Of a stretch of DNA of 64,000 nucleotides, positions 20,228 to 28,696 are shown piece after piece. Position 1 is the first letter of the stretch, and each line of letters begins with the position of its first letter. The notes under the pieces were generated by a model. It had not been told where the DNA came from, ran no database searches, and saw nothing but the letters and a program-made list of their open reading frames with translations. The stretch is from positions 192,001 to 256,000 of the forward strand of contig CAVYXA010000001.1 of the NCBI GenBank assembly GCA_963772365.1. Reading direction: 5' to 3'. Source of the stretch: an uncultured Verrucomicrobiae bacterium. GTDB taxonomy: Bacteria; Verrucomicrobiota; Verrucomicrobiia; Chthoniobacterales; UBA10450. The translations under genes were made by a program, and so were the position numbers.

Positions 20228-20785
20228 CTAAGCCTGTCCCGGATCGTAGAAATGATCACTGCCGATATCGAACACGCGATTGAGCCGCGCTCGATAATTT
20301 TCAAATGCGATTTGTGCGCTCAGTTGCATCAATTGTTCTTCGGAAAATTGTCTGGTTAAACGCGCGTAAAGATCGTCGGAAATATTCGATGGTGCGGTCA
20401 CCATGGCGTCAGCCAGCTCAATCACTAAACGCTCCGGCTCGTTAAAGATCGACAAGTCGCTGCCAAGAACGGCTCGGAGTTTCTCATCGGTCAGGCCGGC
20501 TTTTCTGCCCACGGCAGAATTGATATCCATTCAGAAAGGACAACCGATCCGAGCGGCGGTGCGAACCTTTCCGAGCTGAATGTAGCGTAACGAAACGAGC
20601 CGTTTTTGGCGGAGTGCTAATTCCATGAGGATGCCGCCCCATACGACTCCCGGCACACGCATTTGAATTTTTACCGGGGTAAATTCTTTGCCGAACATTT
20701 TGCGCATCGTCCCGTAAAACCAGCGCAAATGCCACGGGGCCTGATTTCTTTCTAATCCCTGAATTCTCTCCATTAACGTCTCCAT
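20228..20785 (-). CDS. AhpD/carboxymuconolactone decarboxylase-like protein with in-frame UGA (probable selenocysteine, CxxU)
   Basis: ORFs 20531..20785 and 20228..20530 are contiguous in one frame: RIGCPF-TGA-MDINSAVG. Confidence 0.8.
20503..20519 (-). promoter_or_regulatory. SECIS-like hairpin
   Basis: TTCTGCC-GTG-GGCAGAA, a 7-bp stem starting 11 nt after the UGA with a GU-containing loop. Confidence 0.6.
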
Positions 20786-20836
20786 TTATAGATCGGCGAA
20801 AAGCGTGTAGTCGGACTTGGATGTTCGCCATCGAAC

Positions 20837-21679
20837 TCACGCGCGATTTTTTTCCAGGATGACCAGCGCAATTCCGCCCAGGACGGCGAGGGATGCGAAT
20901 GCGTAGCGCAATGTGATCGGTTCGCCCAGCAAAAGGATTCCACCTGTCGCGGCCAGAACAGGCACGCTCAGTTGAACCGTGGCGGCGTTGGCGGCTTTCA
21001 GTCCGGGCAGAGCGGCATACCAAAGCACATACCCGATCCCGGATGTAATTGCGCCGGAGATTGTGGCGTAACAAATTCCGGCGGGGTCAAGACGAAGCCA
21101 TGGCAGCGATCCCATAACCATGACCGCAGCGAATGGAATGGCGCGGAGAAAATTTCCCGCGGTCGAAGTGATCGCATCCCCAGAATTTTTTCCCCGGAGT
21201 GAATAGATTCCCCAGGCGACGCCTGCACTCAGCATTAAAACAGAACCGAGAATGGACGGCGCAGACAGACCGGGCAGGACAAGAAGAACAAGACCGGCCA
21301 TTGCTGCAATGAGTCCAACTGCTTGAATGGCCCATAATCGTTCACCTTGTCGCAGGCCCCAAAAAATCATTGTTACTTGAACCGCGCCGAAGAGAAGCAA
21401 CGCACCAGTGCCGGCGGCAAGATCGACATAAGCAAGGGAAAACGCTGCCGCGTAAATGAAGAGCGCAACCGCTGACACCCAATTGCCAGTGACACGAAAC
21501 GAGCTGCGCCGAATCCTCATAATGAGCCAGAGCGCGATTGCGCCGGAGAAAACACGGACAAATGTGAAACTCGCGGGATCAATGCTCGTTTGTTTCAGAG
21601 CGACGCGGCAAAGGAGCGAATTGCTGGCGAAAGCAATCATCGCGAGCGCAGTGAGAAAAAGCGTCCGGGCAGAGGTCAC
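20837..21679 (-). CDS. DMT/EamA-family transporter
   Basis: AMIAFASNSLLCR; about ten TM segments; QLSVPVLA..LLGEPIT. Confidence 0.9.
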   Translation of the reverse strand: MTSARTLFLTALAMIAFASNSLLCRVALKQTSIDPASFTFVRVFSGAIALWLIMRIRRSSFRVTGNWVSAVALFIYAAAFSLAYVDLAAGTGALLLFGAVQVTMIFWGLRQGERLWAIQAVGLIAAMAGLVLLVLPGLSAPSILGSVLMLSAGVAWGIYSLRGKNSGDAITSTAGNFLRAIPFAAVMVMGSLPWLRLDPAGICYATISGAITSGIGYVLWYAALPGLKAANAATVQLSVPVLAATGGILLLGEPITLRYAFASLAVLGGIALVILEKNRA

Positions 21680-21708
21680 AGAGGGAAAGCCGAAGTGCTC
21701 CCGGCCTG

Positions 21709-22149
21709 TCAGGGTTGAACCGCGTGCCGCCGAATGTTGATCTCGGATGTGAGCGTGCGATGGACAGGGCATTTCCCGGCGATTTCCATGAGTTTGGCGC
21801 GTTGCTCTTGCGTCAGATCGCCGGTCAGCTCGATCGAGATGTCGATCCTGTCGAGCATGCCTTCTTTAGTTTCGCAATCTTTCGCGTGAATACGGGAATG
21901 CCACAGGGAAACAATAATATTTTCCAGCGGCCATTGTTTTCGCCGGGCATACAATCCCACGGTCATCGATGTACACACACCCAGCGAAATGAGCAGATAA
22001 TCGTACGGTCCGGGAGCGGCATCCTGGCCGCCGACATTTACGGGTTCATCTCCGCGCAGGTGATGTTTGCCGGTGACAACTTCCTGCAAAAATTCGCGCG
22101 CATTGCCGCGCACAATCACATGTGCAGGTTCAGTCAGCGGCTGCATCAT
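21709..22149 (-). CDS. OsmC-family protein
   Basis: DEP..GG..PGPYDYLLISLGVCTSMT..KCPVHRTL. Confidence 0.92.
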   Translation of the reverse strand: MMQPLTEPAHVIVRGNAREFLQEVVTGKHHLRGDEPVNVGGQDAAPGPYDYLLISLGVCTSMTVGLYARRKQWPLENIIVSLWHSRIHAKDCETKEGMLDRIDISIELTGDLTQEQRAKLMEIAGKCPVHRTLTSEINIRRHAVQP

Positions 22150-22822
22150 GCACGCGGTTTCTTTTTCGCGAACTGCCAAGAACCAGAAGGAGCCCAGCGG
22201 CAATGAGCGCAGTTGTCGCAGGCTCGGGCACGGCGCGGATATTATCGATCCCGAGCTGCCCGACGACGGGCACACCGCTCAAACTGTTTGTGCCGGGAGC
22301 ATGAATGAAGCGAACCTCACCGATGAAGAACGATTGCCACGGATCGGGAGTTCCCACCGGGATCAGGTCGGCAGGATTTAGTGAAATAGTGAAATGCTGC
22401 CAGCCACTGCCGACCGGCAATATCATGGCTTGCGTGAGATATCCCGATGCGCTGTTGCCGGGACCGTTTTTGAATGCCATTCGAATCGACAACTGCACGG
22501 TGCTTTGGTTGAGCAAGTCGACATCGATGGATGTTATTCCTATTCCAGGGTAATCGCCGAGCCACTGGTCGCGATTGAACACGGTGAGCTTGCCTCCAGA
22601 ACCGCTTCCATCGGAAGTCACTTGGATGTAGTGATCGCCAACTCCGCCCGGACCGCCATTGGGGATATTGGTGACCGGCGTTACTCCGATGATTCCTCCA
22701 TTGGTCCAATTTGCCGTTGTTCCATCCTGGAAATCGTCGATCTGCCCGATCACAATCGCGCTGGTGTGGCGGACGCACATCAACGAAACCAAAACAGCGA
22801 CGATAAAAGACGACCGAGACAT
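22130..22822 (-). CDS. PEP-CTERM exosortase-sorted surface protein
   Basis: Signal peptide; C-terminal VPEP, TM segment, then RKRNR. Confidence 0.9.
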   Translation of the reverse strand: MSRSSFIVAVLVSLMCVRHTSAIVIGQIDDFQDGTTANWTNGGIIGVTPVTNIPNGGPGGVGDHYIQVTSDGSGSGGKLTVFNRDQWLGDYPGIGITSIDVDLLNQSTVQLSIRMAFKNGPGNSASGYLTQAMILPVGSGWQHFTISLNPADLIPVGTPDPWQSFFIGEVRFIHAPGTNSLSGVPVVGQLGIDNIRAVPEPATTALIAAGLLLVLGSSRKRNRVHDAAAD

Positions 22823-22910
22823 GAGGGCGCAAATCATAGGAAATTTGCAGGCTTAAGGCAAGCATGACTAGCCCACCAATCGTCGGAAGGCGGCGACCTG
22901 TAAGCCGCGG

Positions 22911-23279
22911 CTATTCCCGGCCAAACACGTCCCGCAGTTCGTCTTTCGCCCGTTTCAATATGCCTTTGCGTTTCTTGGGAAGATTCTTGCCCGCTCGATT
23001 GATGTAGAAGTTTAACATCGACATCGCCGACTGATAGGGCTTCGCTTTGCGCCGTTTGCTTTTGCAAGCGGAACGTTTGAGCGAAAGCGCGATCCGCCGC
23101 GGATTGTTTGACTTGAACACCTTCGACTCGAGATCGAGCGCGTCGCTATGTTTTGTCACGCCCGCCGACCAGCGTCTGGATTTCTTCTGCGCCTTCGGCA
23201 TTGGACCGCTTTCGAACTTGACTTCGCTGATAAGAAAGGTGGCAAGATTCTCCATTGTTTCTTCCCTTTCGGGAGCCAA
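22911..23279 (-). CDS. DUF3175-like small basic protein (true start probably MPKAQK)
   Basis: WSAGVTKHSDALDLE..SAMSMLNFYINRAGKNL. Confidence 0.85.
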   Translation of the reverse strand: MAPEREETMENLATFLISEVKFESGPMPKAQKKSRRWSAGVTKHSDALDLESKVFKSNNPRRIALSLKRSACKSKRRKAKPYQSAMSMLNFYINRAGKNLPKKRKGILKRAKDELRDVFGRE

Positions 23280-23397
23280 TCCGGCAGTAGCCGGACCAGT
23301 GAAGGGCCTTGCCTATTTGATATTTCGCATCAAACGCTCAAGGCACGTGCAATTTTTTTGCGTGTTGGTGATTCAATTTTAAGGAACAATCAAAGCC

Positions 23398-24105
23398 ATG
23401 CGGATCAGCGAGATGAACTGGATGATGGTGGAAGAATATCTCCATCGCGACGATCGCGTTGTGTTGCCGCTCGGAAGCACCGAGCAACACGCTTTTCTAA
23501 GTCTGAGCGTCGACAGCATTCTGGCAGAACGTTTGGCTTTGGATGCGGCCGACCCGTTAGGCGTGCCGGTTTTTCCTGTGCTGGCTTATGGAATCACACC
23601 TTATTTCCGGGCGTTTCCAGGCACGATCACGTTGCGCGTGGAAACGTACCTATCGATCCTGCGCGAAATCCTGGACGCGTTGGCAGAGCAGGGATTCAAG
23701 CGAATCCTGATCGTGAACGGACACGGCGGCAACACGCCGGGGCAGGGGATGATAGGTGAATGGATGGCGGATCATCCCGGCGTCCGGGTAAAATTTCATA
23801 ACTGGTGGAACGCGCCGAAAGTTTGGGCGCAGGTTAAGGCGATCGATCCGGTCGCGTCGCACGCATCCTGGATGGAAAATTTTCCATGGACGCGCTTGCC
23901 GAACATCGACATGCCCAGGGAACAAAAACCGATGAGCGATCTGGAACAGTTACGCCAGCTCGATCCCAAATCGCTGCGTTCGTATTTGAAAGATGGAAAC
24001 TACGGCGGGTTATATCAACGGCCGGACGAAGAAATGATGAAAATTTGGAAAGTCGGAGTGGAAGAGACGCGCGAGCTGCTTGCCGATAACTGGGCTTTGA
24101 GCTGA
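23398..24105 (+). CDS. Creatininase-family amidohydrolase
   Basis: LPLGSTEQH..D, FPGTI, VNGHGGN, HASWME. Confidence 0.92.
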   Translation: MRISEMNWMMVEEYLHRDDRVVLPLGSTEQHAFLSLSVDSILAERLALDAADPLGVPVFPVLAYGITPYFRAFPGTITLRVETYLSILREILDALAEQGFKRILIVNGHGGNTPGQGMIGEWMADHPGVRVKFHNWWNAPKVWAQVKAIDPVASHASWMENFPWTRLPNIDMPREQKPMSDLEQLRQLDPKSLRSYLKDGNYGGLYQRPDEEMMKIWKVGVEETRELLADNWALS

Positions 24106-24133
24106 TGGGGGCTTCGCGCCGCTGCCTCATATT

Positions 24134-24202
24134 TGTAGCGGCACTCTGTGAGTGTCGCTGTATTGTTCGGGAAGTTTGCGACGGTCATAGACCGCCGCTA
24201 CA
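24134..24202. repeat. GTAG-type REP doublet (REPIN-like) between convergent genes
   Basis: TGTAGCGGCACTCTGTGAGTGTCGC ... GCGACGGTCATAGACCGCCGCTACA, two inverted palindromic units. Confidence 0.7.
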
Positions 24203-24226
24203 GACGCAAGTCGCGAATCGGAGCAG

Positions 24227-24601
24227 TCACGCTCGCACGAGTCCGGCGAAAGCGTTCCGACAACGCCAAATCAGGAACAACTCGAGAATTGTTACGACGA
24301 TGGCAGGACCAACGCCCTCTGGCGCCATCAAAATATGGAAGGCCCAAATATTCACAATGATCCCCGCCAGGATCGTAAGCCCAAGGGGCACGAATCGGTT
24401 GATAAAAAGGAGCAGACCGCCAAGTACTTGGAGGCCGCCGATCACATAAATATAGCCGCTGGCAATGAAGACTTTCAAAAAGTCTCCTGCAAGATTTGCC
24501 GGAGGCGGCGGCATGGGTAGAAAATGGAAAAACGCGTTGGAACCGAATACAACAAAGATCAATCCGAGTAAGACGCGAGCGATGATGCTGACGACTTTCA
24601 T
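24227..24601 (-). CDS. DoxX-like membrane protein
   Basis: ARVLLGLIFVVFG; four TM segments. Confidence 0.85.
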   Translation of the reverse strand: MKVVSIIARVLLGLIFVVFGSNAFFHFLPMPPPPANLAGDFLKVFIASGYIYVIGGLQVLGGLLLFINRFVPLGLTILAGIIVNIWAFHILMAPEGVGPAIVVTILELFLIWRCRNAFAGLVRA

Positions 24602-24738
24602 GGTCCGTTGATCCTGCTAAAGACGGCGGGATTGTCACGCTCAAATTATAATGGTGCGGTTACCGTAGGCCGATCTGAGCGGTCTTCGGGCCGGAGAAAG
24701 ATAATTTTTTTGCTTGCGGACGAGTACAGGTTCGACCA

Positions 24739-24762
24739 ATACTTAACCAGATGGTTAAATAT
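24739..24762. promoter_or_regulatory. Palindromic operator overlapping the ArsR start codon
   Basis: ATACTTAACCA-GA-TGGTTAAATAT, a near-perfect inverted repeat. Confidence 0.7.
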
Positions 24763-25101
24763 CCCTCAGCCAAATTGAATCGGACTTTCGCCGCTCTGGC
24801 CGACCCTACCCGCCGCCGCATTCTCGAACATCTCTCCCGCGGCAATCATCGCGTCACCCATCTCGCGCGGCCGCACGCGATGTCGTTGCCGGCCATTTCA
24901 AAACACTTGCGCGTGCTAGAGAAGGCAGGATTACTGCGCCGGCGCCGTTATGGACGCGTCCACGAAATGCAGTTGGACGCCGAGCCCTTGAAAAAGGCCG
25001 CGCAATGGGTCGAGGAGTATCGAAAGTTCTGGGAGGGATCGCTCGATCGGCTGGCGGCCTACTTGGAGAAAACGAACAATTCGAAGAAAGCAAAGGCCTG
25101 A
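24751..25101 (+). CDS. ArsR/SmtB-family transcriptional regulator
   Basis: FAALADPTRRRIL, SLPAISKHLRVLEKAGL. Confidence 0.95.
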   Translation: MVKYPSAKLNRTFAALADPTRRRILEHLSRGNHRVTHLARPHAMSLPAISKHLRVLEKAGLLRRRRYGRVHEMQLDAEPLKKAAQWVEEYRKFWEGSLDRLAAYLEKTNNSKKAKA

Positions 25102-25104
25102 GTC

Positions 25105-25332
25105 ATGTGCCCGGTATGCGTCGCAAATATTGCCGTTTTGGCAACAGCATCGAGTGGAGGACTCGCAGCGCTCGTTCTCAAAGTATTTCACGGAGAAAAA
25201 CAACCCAAAGAAGAAAGAGAAGAATATGAAACAAGCAGAAATGGAGACGCGAAAAATCGTATCGCCGAAGGAGTGGGAAGCTGCCCGCCAGAAACTTCTG
25301 ATGAAGGAAAAAGAGTTGACCCACGCTCGTGA
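25105..25332 (+). CDS. Small CxxC peptide with hydrophobic segment (MCPVC...)
   Basis: Starts 3 nt after the ArsR stop; overlaps the DUF899 start in another frame. Confidence 0.45.
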   Translation: MCPVCVANIAVLATASSGGLAALVLKVFHGEKQPKEEREEYETSRNGDAKNRIAEGVGSCPPETSDEGKRVDPRS

Positions 25333-25990
25333 CGCGCTAGCCGCCGAGCGTCGGCGAATGCCGTGGGTGGCCGTGGAGAAGAAGTACCAATTCGAAGGAC
25401 CAAACGGCAAGGTGAGCCTGCTCGACCTCTTCAATGGCCGGCGTCAGCTAGTTATTTATCGCGCGTTCTTTGAGCCGGGCGTAGTCGGCTGGCCCGACCA
25501 CGCCTGCGTCGGCTGCTCGATGATGGCCGATCACGTTGGCAACCTTGCGCACGTGAACGCACGCGATACTACTGTCGTGTTCGCGTCACGCGCGCCGCAA
25601 AAGGAGATCGAACGTTTGAAGGCGCGGATGGGCTGGGAGCGCATTCCCTGGTACACAATCACAGACGACTTCGATAAAGATTTCGGCGTGGATGAATGGC
25701 ATGGCCACAACGCATTCATTCGCGACGGCGACAAAATATTCCGCACCTATTTCATCAATGGCCGCGGCGATGAAGCGATGGGGACCACCTGGAGTTACCT
25801 CGATATGACCGCGCTCGGTCGCCAGGAAGAATGGGAGGACTCGCCGAAGGGCTACCCTCAAACTCCGCCCTACGAATGGTGGAACTGGCACGACGAGTAT
25901 GGCAACGCCGAAGCTTCTGCCAAGGTCCGCGAACAAATTCGCCGCGGCCGCGAAGCCGGACAAGCGGCGACCAGGCCAAATGCTCGATAG
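25226..25990 (+). CDS. DUF899 thioredoxin-like protein
   Basis: KEKELTHARDALAAERRRMPW, LLDLFNGRRQL, CVGCS, GRQEEWEDSP. Confidence 0.92.
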   Translation: MKQAEMETRKIVSPKEWEAARQKLLMKEKELTHARDALAAERRRMPWVAVEKKYQFEGPNGKVSLLDLFNGRRQLVIYRAFFEPGVVGWPDHACVGCSMMADHVGNLAHVNARDTTVVFASRAPQKEIERLKARMGWERIPWYTITDDFDKDFGVDEWHGHNAFIRDGDKIFRTYFINGRGDEAMGTTWSYLDMTALGRQEEWEDSPKGYPQTPPYEWWNWHDEYGNAEASAKVREQIRRGREAGQAATRPNAR

Positions 25991-26013
25991 ACTTTGAGCA
26001 GAAAGATCGACAT

Positions 26014-26388
26014 ATGAATCGCGTAACTCATTTTGAAATTTACACGGCCGATCCTAAGCAGGTGCAGCCGTTTTACGAATCTGTTTTCGGCTGGAAGTTT
26101 CAGAAATTCGAAGGTGGTCCGCTTGAGTATTGGCTGATAACGACCGGTGACGATAAGAAACCGGGAATCAACGGCGGAATGACGCGTCCGCGCGAAGGAC
26201 AAAGCCCGGGCACGTTAAACACGGTCTCAGTTCAGTCGCTGGATCAAACGATCAAGAAGATTGAGCAACGCGGCGAAAAGATCTGCGTTCCGAAAATGGC
26301 GATACCGAAAGTCGGCTGGCTCGCTTATGCGGAAGATCCAGTTGGCAATGTCTTCGGAATCATCGAGCCGGACACAAACGCAAAATAA
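26014..26388 (+). CDS. VOC/glyoxalase-family protein
   Basis: VTHFEI..FGWKF..GINGG..DPVGNVFGI. Confidence 0.9.
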   Translation: MNRVTHFEIYTADPKQVQPFYESVFGWKFQKFEGGPLEYWLITTGDDKKPGINGGMTRPREGQSPGTLNTVSVQSLDQTIKKIEQRGEKICVPKMAIPKVGWLAYAEDPVGNVFGIIEPDTNAK

Positions 26389-26399
26389 AAAACCAATCT

Positions 26400-26843
26400 A
26401 TGACTACAAAAGCCGAATCAGCTGACGCAGTAACAATCGAACGCACTTTCGATGCGCCGGTCGTGAAAGTTTGGAAAGCGCTGACCGATGTCGATCAAAT
26501 GCGGGAGTGGTACTTCGATCTGAAAGAATTCAAACCCGAAGCCGGCTTTGAATTTGAATTCACGATCGAGCACGAAGGAAATTCTTATCATCATCTTTGC
26601 AAAGTCACGGAAGTGATTCCGCAAAAGAAAATCGCTTACACCTGGCGTTACAAAGGCGAGCCCGGCGATTCATTGGTCACGATTAAATTAACGCCGGAGG
26701 GCGAAAAGACGCGTTTGAAGCTGACGCACACCGGAATTGAAACGTTTCCGAAAACGCCAGCCTACGCGCGGAAGAACTTCGAGCAGGGCTGGACTGCGAT
26801 CATCGGCACCGAGCTCAAACAATTCGTCGAAAGGAAAACGTAA
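26400..26843 (+). CDS. SRPBCC (AHSA1/START-like) domain protein
   Basis: IERTFDAPVVKVWKALTD..LTHTG..GW. Confidence 0.9.
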   Translation: MTTKAESADAVTIERTFDAPVVKVWKALTDVDQMREWYFDLKEFKPEAGFEFEFTIEHEGNSYHHLCKVTEVIPQKKIAYTWRYKGEPGDSLVTIKLTPEGEKTRLKLTHTGIETFPKTPAYARKNFEQGWTAIIGTELKQFVERKT

Positions 26844-27328
26844 TGGCAAAACAAACCCAATCATTGTCAGCAAACACCGTCCGGTTGCACCGCGTCCTGC
26901 GGGCGACGCCGGAAAAGGTGTATCGCGCGTTTCTCAATCCGGAGGCGCTGGCGAAATGGCTTCCGCCGAACGGATTCACCTGCAAAGTGCATGAGATGAA
27001 CGCGAAGGTCGGCGGCGGCTTTAAGATGTCGTTCACGAACTTCAGCAGCGGCAAGAGTCACTCCTTCGGCGGAACCTACGTCGAGCTAACGCCGCACGAA
27101 TTCATTCGTTACACCGAAAAGTTCGACGATCCGAATCTGCCCGGCGAAATGCAAACGACGATCACATTTAAAAGAGTTTCGTGCGGAACGGAAGTCACCA
27201 TCGTGCAAGAAGGAATTCCCGCTGCGATTCCGGCCGACGCTTGTTATCTCGGCTGGCAGGAATCGTTGATCCTGTTGGCGAAACTCGTCGAAGCTGAAAT
27301 TCCAGATCAGGAAGGAAACGGCCGATGA
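26843..27328 (+). CDS. SRPBCC (AHSA1-like) domain protein
   Basis: LHRVLRATPEKVYRAFL..KWLPPNGF..CYLGWQESL. Confidence 0.9.
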   Translation: MAKQTQSLSANTVRLHRVLRATPEKVYRAFLNPEALAKWLPPNGFTCKVHEMNAKVGGGFKMSFTNFSSGKSHSFGGTYVELTPHEFIRYTEKFDDPNLPGEMQTTITFKRVSCGTEVTIVQEGIPAAIPADACYLGWQESLILLAKLVEAEIPDQEGNGR

Positions 27329-27759
27329 AAATTCCGTTTAGCGGCGGCTGCGCGTGCGGCGCGATTCGTTACGAGTGCGCGGCTGAGCCAACCCTGATGT
27401 TGAAATGTCATTGTCGCGATTGTCAGCATGTGACGGGAGGCGGATTCGCTCCGGCAATAGTGGTGCCGGCAAAATCGTTTCGATTGACGCGCGGACAGTT
27501 GCGCTACCATTTCACTCCGAGCATCGCACGCGGAAAACATAAACGCGGGTTTTGTCCCGAATGTGGGTCGCGAATTTCCGGAGCTGAATTCGAAGGAGAG
27601 ACATCGGAGTCTGTCGGAATTCTCGCTGGCAGCCTGGACGACCCAAGCTGGTTTCAACCGGAAATGGATATTTTCGTTTCGGACGCGCAGCCCTGGGATC
27701 TCATGGACCCTAATTTGCCCAAATACGCGGAGTATCCGCCATTCAAAAAATCAAAATGA
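27325..27759 (+). CDS. GFA/CENP-V-family Zn protein
   Basis: GGCACGAIRY, CHCRDCQ, RGFCPECGS. Confidence 0.92.
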   Translation: MKIPFSGGCACGAIRYECAAEPTLMLKCHCRDCQHVTGGGFAPAIVVPAKSFRLTRGQLRYHFTPSIARGKHKRGFCPECGSRISGAEFEGETSESVGILAGSLDDPSWFQPEMDIFVSDAQPWDLMDPNLPKYAEYPPFKKSK

Positions 27760-28202
27760 GAACAGAAGAAAAGACGAGCCTGGAAATCAAGCGATTCATC
27801 AAGGCGCCGCGCGCACGGGTTTACGCCGCTTGGACCGATCCGGCGCAATTGAAACAGTGGTGGGGACCAGAAGGGGCGCGGACCCGTAATTTTACTGCCG
27901 ACGTGCGCGTGGGCGGAAAATATCGCTGGGACCTGATTAATCAGGAAGGCGAAGAGATGAGCGCGTACGGCGAATACCAGGCGTTGATCCCGGACAAGAA
28001 AATCGTTTTCACTTGGAAATGGGACGACGACGAAGATTGGAAGAATGTGAACAGTGTGGTCACGGTGGAACTCTCCGACCGCGACGGCGGAACGGAGCTG
28101 CGCTTCAGCCACGAGAAATTGCCGAGTGAAGCCTCGCGCGATCGTCACAATGAAGGCTGGAACAGCGTGCTTGATCGTTTGGAGAAATTTTTCAACAAGT
28201 AA
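27756..28202 (+). CDS. SRPBCC (AHSA1-like) domain protein
   Basis: APRARVYAAWTDP..WWGP..HNEGWNSVLDRL. Confidence 0.9.
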   Translation: MRTEEKTSLEIKRFIKAPRARVYAAWTDPAQLKQWWGPEGARTRNFTADVRVGGKYRWDLINQEGEEMSAYGEYQALIPDKKIVFTWKWDDDEDWKNVNSVVTVELSDRDGGTELRFSHEKLPSEASRDRHNEGWNSVLDRLEKFFNK

Positions 28203-28273
28203 TTGCCTGCCACGCCGCAGGTCCGAGCCGGACTGGCCGGCGAAGGCGGGTCGAGCTAAAGGAAGCCAAAAAA

Positions 28274-28627
28274 ATGAATACCGAACAAGTTGCAAAGAAA
28301 GTCGTGGAATTAGTTCGCAAGCAAGCGTGGTACGACGCGCTCGACTTGTATGACGACAACGTCGTCAGCGTGGAAGCAGATCCTGGGGCGCCGGAAACCC
28401 GGGGAAAAGACGGTCTCCGCGGCAAAATCGATTGGTGGATCAAGGCGATGCAGGTGCACAGTTTCGACGCCAGCGACCCATTCGTTGGCCACGATCGTTT
28501 TGTCGTGCAATATGACGCGGACGTGACGGAGAAAGAATCGAAACAGCGCCGAAGACTGTCCGAAGTCGGTGTTTACACGGTCAAGAACGGGAAGATTGTG
28601 CGCGAAGAATTCCTGCCCCGCGTCTGA
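28274..28627 (+). CDS. SnoaL/NTF2-like protein
   Basis: LYDDNVVSVEA..EVGVYTVKNGKIVREEF. Confidence 0.85.
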   Translation: MNTEQVAKKVVELVRKQAWYDALDLYDDNVVSVEADPGAPETRGKDGLRGKIDWWIKAMQVHSFDASDPFVGHDRFVVQYDADVTEKESKQRRRLSEVGVYTVKNGKIVREEFLPRV

Positions 28628-28696
28628 GCTTTTGCAGAATCCGATGTAGAGATCGAGCAACCGCCAGAATCCGCTGCGCCATTTCCCAATATATAA

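Noticed and set aside
28205..28252. GC-rich intergenic element (CCTGCCACGCCG...GGCGAAGGCGGG) as an ncRNA or repeat
   Set aside because: Single copy in the window; cannot be told apart from a terminator or repeat remnant.
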